64,000 nucleotides of DNA. Source: Welwitschia mirabilis. Taxonomy: Eukaryota. The position numbers and the translations under genes are program-made. Location of the stretch: the NCBI GenBank assembly GCA_051453625.1, contig JBOZIK010000001.1, forward strand, positions 24,194,844 to 24,258,843. Direction: 5' to 3'. The notes beneath the pieces are model-generated. The model ran no database searches. It worked only from the letters and a program-made list of their open reading frames with translations, and had not been told where the DNA came from. Below, in pieces: positions 54,083-64,000 of the stretch. Each line of letters starts with the position of its first letter. The first letter of the stretch is position 1.

Positions 54083-55109
54083 ATGGCTAAGAAGCCATTA
54101 GCAAAGATCCTTCTTATTTCTAATAAGGCATATCTGAAGAATCTTTAGACAAGTTTAATGAGAAGTTTATAAAGAAGCCAGTGTGTCAAGAAAGGGCTAT
54201 TTCCACTTTAGAGCTAAGGGATCTTAGAGATGTGATCCAACTTTTGCAAGATATGGATCTTTTTTATTTTCTAGATGTTTCATGTCATGCTTATCCTTTT
54301 CTCACCATGATGTTCTATTATAATGCTTCCTATGATGTTGACAATGCAACCCTAGAAACCCTGGTTTTGGGGAAGAAGATGAAGGTTACTGCAAACTACA
54401 TTACTGCCATTACTAATCTTCCCAGAGGAGACTATAATGAAATTTAGCCTCTTTGTGACTCCATGGAAGACAAAGCAGAGGTAACAAGAAAAATTTGTAG
54501 TAAGTTTCAAAGCTAGAAATACACCCTTTCTGCTTCTCTACTTACCCCAAAGTATAGGTTTTTGCATTTAGTGTTTACATATAATTTCTTAATTTAGGGG
54601 GTCATCATGATAAGACTGCCAACTACAGGGTCTATTTGATGTACTTGGTAGGAACTAGACACTATATCGATGCCCTTGCCATCATATTAAAGAATATGGT
54701 CTCCCAGTGGGGGTATCACAAGACTAGGGCTCTACCATACTCAGTGCGGATTGCCAATATCTATCATCATTCTAGAGTTCAGTTTTACCTGAGACTAGAA
54801 ACCCTTAACCCCATGTCACCCATTGGGCGTGCGATGTTGTCTCGCATGCATATCTTTGTAGGTTGCAAGAAATCCTCAAAATCTCCTTCTCCCAAGCAAG
54901 CTTCTCTAGAGGAGGCTCTTTCATACCTAAGGCGAATTGACTCTCATACCAGACACATGAAAGAATCTCTAATCGCAGCTGGGTATGAGATTGCAAACAG
55001 TTCAGAGGAAGCCAAAAGCTTAGAATAGAAGGCTACTGAAGAAGAGGAAGAGAAAGGAGAAGACGATTCTGAAGAAGAATCAGGGGAGGAAGCCAAGGAA
55101 TCTGATTAA
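54083..55109 (+). pseudogene. Extra 3' env-like ORF of the SIRE-like element (disrupted)
   Basis: ORF fragments 54181-54447 (AYPFLTMMFYYN...LGKKMKVT) and 54636-55028 (LPYSVRIANI). Acidic tail EEEEEKGEDDSEEES. Lies between pol and the PPTs. Confidence 0.8.
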
Positions 55110-55602
55110 TCTTCTTTTTGTGCTTATGCCTTTCTAATATTTTCTTATGTGTGTTTATTCTCTCTTTTGTCATTGATGTCAAAAGGGGTAGAATTAGTTA
55201 GTTGTTTCTACTACTTTCAGCTGTATCTACTCTTGATGAGCACTTTTCATTGTATTGTTCATCTTTCAATAATAGAAATGCACTTGGTTTTCATGTTCTA
55301 TAATTTGTCTCACATTTCTAATGCACATCTATTTTTATTATGAACTCTAATTTCTGTTACATCTTATGGTTATTAAATAGTTCATGATCAAAATGTTGTT
55401 TGTCACATATGTTATGGCACTTTCATTGTACTACAAATTGTTTTAATTATGGCACAAGTTAGAAACTTTTCAAAATGTCTATTTGATATAAAATGTTTAA
55501 TATCTTTTGTAAAAGTTAATAAGCGTTTAGTGAGGGGAAGTTTTTCCAAATCTAATATTTTCAACTAAGAAAAAGTTTGCCATCAATGGCAAAGGGGGAG
55601 AT

Positions 55603-56907
55603 TGTTAAGTTAGTATTTGTCAATTGATGTCAAACCAATGTTTTTTGTGTAGCAAAACATATTTGTATCTTGTGTAGAAAATATTAATCATTACAAGTCA
55701 TAAGCTGAAAGAATTTGTCAGATTTTGGTCTTGAACCTGTCAAGTTTTGATACCCTCTTGAAGGGTTGATCGAACATATGAGGGGTCGACCAAACCTGAG
55801 GACTGTGCATTTGATACTTGTTAGTCGATGGTTAAAGGATCGATCGGACACTTGAGAAGTTAACCGGACCTGAGCAATGAGCATTAATATTTCACAGCCA
55901 ATCGTCAAGGGGTTAACTAGATTCCTAAGGAATCGACCAGACCTGGAGTAGCATTCACCCTTTATCAAAAATGAGTCAACCAGACTTTTATGGGATCGAT
56001 CGGACCAGGAGCAGAAAACTGTGTTGGATTTTTTTTTTGACCAACATGTGGGTGACCGGATGAGCAGTCGACTGGGCCCTGAGGGGCCGACTGGACATGG
56101 AGCCATAAGAAACAGAGGTCGATCAGAAGAACTTAAGGGTAACTGACTTAAATAATAGCACCAGATCGGATCGACCAAACTTTTAAAGGGTCGATTGGAC
56201 TTTTAAGGGATTGACTAGTTATGAAAGAAATGGAATTTTTCTAGCCATTATATGTCCATTTTATGTCTATTAGAAGATATTTTTACTTGTGAAAACTCTA
56301 AAAGTCTTCCACTATATATTTGCCAAGAGTCAAAATCACTGTACCACTTTTGAATCTTTTTGAAATCATTCATTGTACTCATTTACATCTCATCCCTAAC
56401 CGGAGACGAACTAAGAACTGTTGTTATCATTGCATACTTGGTCAAGTCTATTGCACTCTACACTTTTAGATTATACCATATTCTAAAGCAGTGCATCAAT
56501 ACCATTCTTAAGCCAAATATCGGGTGAAACCTATGCATTTTGGCAAACCATTATTACCACTTTGCTTTCTTGTAAAAGGTTGAGATTGAGCCTTAGAAAA
56601 ATCCATTTGTAAAGGTTATAGGTAAACCTGAAATACCTGAAAAGAGTTTAATAGAAATCCTGATTAGGCTTGGATAGAAGCTGATCATCGAGAGTGAAGT
56701 AGGGGATTTCCCAAACCTCTATAAATCTTGTATGCTTCTGATCAGTATTTCTGTGCTTTTTGTTCTTTAGTTTTCAGAATAGTTTCAATTTACTTGCACA
56801 AGGTTTTTAGTGTTCATTTCAAGTAAAGCTATTTTTGTGAAGTTATTTAATTAAATTTTTTTAGAATCGTATTAACCCTCTCCTGCTCTAGGATTCTTGA
56901 TCCTACA
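55603..56907 (+). repeat. 3' LTR of the plus-strand SIRE-like element
   Basis: tgtta...cctaca after the PPT; GGTCGACC-type motif array at ~55760-56220. Confidence 0.92.
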
Positions 56908-58576
56908 AATACTAATACTCCCACATTTCCATCTTTTTAAATGAGAAGGAAAAATATGGATATTATTATGATTAAAAGATTTATAGGCAAAATTTATATT
57001 AGATGATGAATTTCTTAAAGAAGAATAAAATCAATAGAGATGAGAGAACAAAAATATAAAATAGCACATTTCTTGTAAAGTCTATTTGTAAGGCCTTGTA
57101 CATTCCACAGGAAAATTATTATGAGGAGAGGTGAGGTTTAACCCCCTCATTCTTCAACAAATTAATAGTTATACATGAATCAATATCCATAATTAAAGAT
57201 AAGCTAGAAAAAAACATTAGTAGTATGAGTATTAGTTGGTGATGATGTTTTTAAAAGACGAAGAAGACCATCATCTGATTATTGCATTTTAGGATGATTA
57301 CCATAAGAATCTCATTTTTTTAACTCAACCAAAGTAAAACCTGTGAAATTCGTACAGGGTTGTTTTGAAGCATTTAAAATAGGCTTGCATATACTCATTA
57401 GCGTATAAATCTTTTGCCATGAAGAATTCTATTAAATAGTTGATTATTAGAATCATTAGTAAGGAATAGAAAAGAATCAAACTAAAATTTTAAGACAGAG
57501 ACTTTAGATAGAACCTTGTTCTTGATTTTCCATTTTTCATTTCTTTGTAACAATGGACAACTATTAAAAATATAACTCTGATAGTGACAATAATTATAGG
57601 AATTTGGAAGATTTAAATACACCACAAATTGATAAAAGGTTGTATTAACAACCTTTAATGTGAGTACCTTCTTTCAAGTTATTAGATTTACCTCGATATG
57701 AAATCATTTAGAAACACTACGAGTGAAAACTTTGTTTTCATAATTAATAACATTACAAATAAAACCAATAGTTTTCCAGTTTGAAGGTTGAAAAATCAAA
57801 AGTAGATTTGGAAGTTTAACCATGAAAGGAACAATCTCATATATAAGGTCATGAACATTAAAGCATTTCTTCCATGCCCTAATAATGAGAATATCATGTT
57901 TGTGTTAGAAAAAGAAGTGAATATAAGTCGTTCATTTTACCATTGGATTATCTTTCAATTCAAGAAGGAAAAGATGTCACAAAAATATGAAGCATGTTTT
58001 ACAAGAATGTTGTATTGTGTTAACATATATTTAATTTGCATTATATAAGAAGAAGAGAAGGGATCTAGTCCAAAACTTGAAGAAAGAAATACTGCCTTGA
58101 GAAATTTTGTAAAGATCTATCAAATAAATCATTAGGTAGAATAAAATCATAATGCATATCTGCAGTATCATTTCATAGTTTAGTCAATGAGGTGTATTCA
58201 ATGCTTAATTTAGCACATGAAACTAGATTCTTCAAAGAAGTAGTAAAAAGGTTTATTTTAGAATCTTTTTTTATGTTATCTTGTAATTTTGCTCCTTCCA
58301 GAGTTAAGAGTGTGCAAGTCAAGTCAATTGTTTGAATAGAAATCACTCATAGGAAGGTGAATCTAAAAGATAGATTGACTTTGCGTAGGTAAAAGATGAA
58401 AAAAAAGCCCTTTAATCCTTTGGTTAGACCCTAAAATGCTCCACAATTTTTCCTCTAGAATTTTCTAAAACCCCTTTCTAATTCACATCCAACTCTTTGC
58501 AATTACCAAAGAAACCTCTCTGAATAGACATTTATTTTTCTAAAATTCAAATATCTTTAGTCTAATATGATTTCTA

Positions 58577-58860
58577 GGCTTTATAAAACTTCTACCAACT
58601 CACCTAAACAAAATTTCAAAAGTAAATAAACAAACGAAAGGCTTTGTAAGCTTCCAACAAGTTACCTAAACCAAATTCAAAAATAAATAAACAAATAAAA
58701 CTTTAAATCAAACGGCTACACACGAAATCAAATTACACCAAAAGTCCAAAGGGTAATAATAACCTAAACTAAACTACATATAAGTGGTTATAAATATAAG
58801 TGGTTATAACAAGAACAGTAAAGAAATCAAATTGTACCAAAAAGCAAAGGCATGATAACC
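58577..58860 (+). promoter_or_regulatory. Probable proximal promoter region of the ECA gene with short tandem duplications
   Basis: ~62-bp tandem pair (58577-58700) and 16-bp atataagtggttataa x2 (58778-58809), just upstream of the switch to CpG-containing sequence. TSS not determined. Confidence 0.35.
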
Positions 58861-59089
58861 CGAATAGGGGACCTTAACGGTGGTAACAGATTTTCATGCT
58901 AAGGCCTAAACAAAGATTTAAATGACATACGATTAAATGCAAATTTATTTTGTTATTGCTTAAAAAGTAGAGACAGACACGAGATTAAGCATTCGTTTAG
59001 ATTTGAAAAACCTGCAACTCGCCTCCTCAGCGTCGCTTCTTTTGTGGAAGTTCTCAAAAAAAAAAAGAAAAAAGAGANNNNNNNNNNGA

Positions 59090-60492
59090 CCTTCTGGCGA
59101 AAACGAAAGAAGAGACGGCATATTTCTTTTTAGGATGCGTGCTGATATTTTATACGCATATGTGATCTGGACGGCAAATCTACTTCACTAGGAAGGTGTC
59201 ACGAAGGTGGCAAGGTACTGCCAGGATTCTTAGTTTGTTAGCGCTTCTGCGTATTTCTTGTCGGGAAAGTCTTGGACCTCCATTTCCTTGGTATTCGCAA
59301 TAATGTTTTTCTGGTATGCTGGCGAATCCTCGGTTTGGTTCCTTGTTATGGATTTTCTGCAATAATAGAGGCCCAGTTGTCTACTTTTGCTTTTGCGTCG
59401 TAAAGAGCAAATGAACGCCTCTGCCTTTATTTTGCTGGGCCTCTGCATTTGACATGGTTTTCAGAGAGCCTTTGAAGTCTTTTAAAGATCTCTTTGTGTG
59501 CTTCTGATTCCGTGAAGATCAGAAGATCGGAATTTTGGTTGTCATCGAAACGGTATTACTCGTGGTATGCGTTCTTCTTTGTTTTTTGATCGCTATTAAA
59601 CCCTTTGTATTCCCAAAACTTCTATCTTATTTCAGTTTTTTTCCTTTTCGTCCCTGTCTGCTTAGTGAAATTACTTAATTGCGTAATATCAAGTGTGACA
59701 ATCTTCTAGCGTTGATCTACATGTTACAAATAGTCGAATGGTCTTTGGTTTTATTGATTAAGCTTCTTCTGCAATAGTGGATTTTGTTTTAGAACAAAAA
59801 TCGCATTATAGGAGTTCTTTTTCGGTGCTAGGTCTTCTGTTATATATCATGTAAGAGGAGCTCTTCTAAGATGAGAGATTTTTGACGTTTTGTCATTTGT
59901 TTGTATAATACAGGAATTTGGTCTAGGAAGACCTTTGTCATTTACATCTCATTTGTTTTCTGAGATTATCGTCTGATGCGAACATGCACCGCATGGTATT
60001 GCTTGTTTTGTCTGATCGTATTTCGTCCCTACAAATTTCAGAGCTCCTGAGTTATGAATCTGCTTTGAAATTCATAAAATACACAAACTTATTTTCTTTC
60101 CGCAAATTTTTATGCGGACTGAATACAGCGCCATGAATGTCAATATACGGTATTATGAGTTAGAATGAGTTTTCTAGTCGATTGTTTTAACAGGTTCACT
60201 AAAATGGTACTTTTCTTTAAACAGTTATATAAAACCAACATATTGAATTTTTCTTCTTAGCGATTTCTTTTAAAAAGGTTTTGCATTTTAGATTACGTTT
60301 AATTTAAAAAACGGTTTTGCATTTTTTAGACAAAATGCTCGATTGGCATTTAGAGCACTGACTATTTTGATTGGAATTTGCTTTTTATAGGGCTGCAGAA
60401 ATTTCGTGAAGGATTTTAATCCAAACTGGAACGCCTAGATTGCCACTTGCAAAGTTGTTGAATACTGAGGATTCAGAACTTTGTCAACTCCT
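59090..60492 (+). other. Probable 5' UTR of ECA with a leader intron (~59565-60390)
   Basis: CpG-containing leader-like sequence. Donor tg|gtatgc at 59565 followed by a U-rich tract. Acceptor ctttttatag| at 60390. In-frame stop at 60466 upstream of ATG 60493. Confidence 0.5.

Positions 60493-64000
<3,508 letters not shown>

Larger units (their letters stand above)
46687..56907 (+). mobile_element. Full-length degenerate SIRE/Sirevirus-like Copia element (same broad family as 36216-45736)
   Basis: LTRs at 46687-47978 and 55603-56907. PBS tagtatcagagc (47981-47992). PPT aaagggggag (55591-55600) plus upstream PPT-like tracts. Perfect TSD aatac (46682-46686 / 56908-56912). C-rich attcacccccc near the LTR end. 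Confidence 0.95.

Noticed and set aside
55684..56178. 164-aa minus-strand ORF
   Set aside because: It lies inside an LTR palindrome array, has no recognisable domain and has no counterpart in the ORF track for the sister LTR.
60481..60492. TTG start given in the ORF track
   Set aside because: This is a eukaryotic gene; ATG 60493 matches the ECA N-terminus.

Overview
AT-rich plant nuclear DNA (draft assembly with N gaps). About 57 kb is decayed retroelements, followed by the 5' three-quarters of one intact intron-containing gene. In order: an L1-type LINE remnant (-, 1-~2810); a gag-like relic; a SIRE/Sirevirus-type Copia (4428-20141) carrying a nested short-LTR Copia (11711-18052), which itself carries a probable 2.8-kb solo LTR; a second LINE (+, ~21500-25250); an Athila-like Gypsy with gag but almost no pol (26521-32036); two related full-length SIRE-type Copia elements with extra env-like ORFs, head-to-head (36216-45736 on -, 46687-56907 on +); and an ER-type P2A Ca2+-ATPase gene (ECA1/2/4 clade, most like ECA2) starting at ATG 60493 and running off the window end. 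All TE coding regions are broken by stops and frameshifts with a strong C>T/G>A signature. I found no convincing novel biological system. The notable points are structural: three elements lacking RT, the large inverted element pair upstream of the gene, asymmetric CpG decay between sister LTRs, and deaminated palindrome arrays. All alignments, translations and counts were done by eye.
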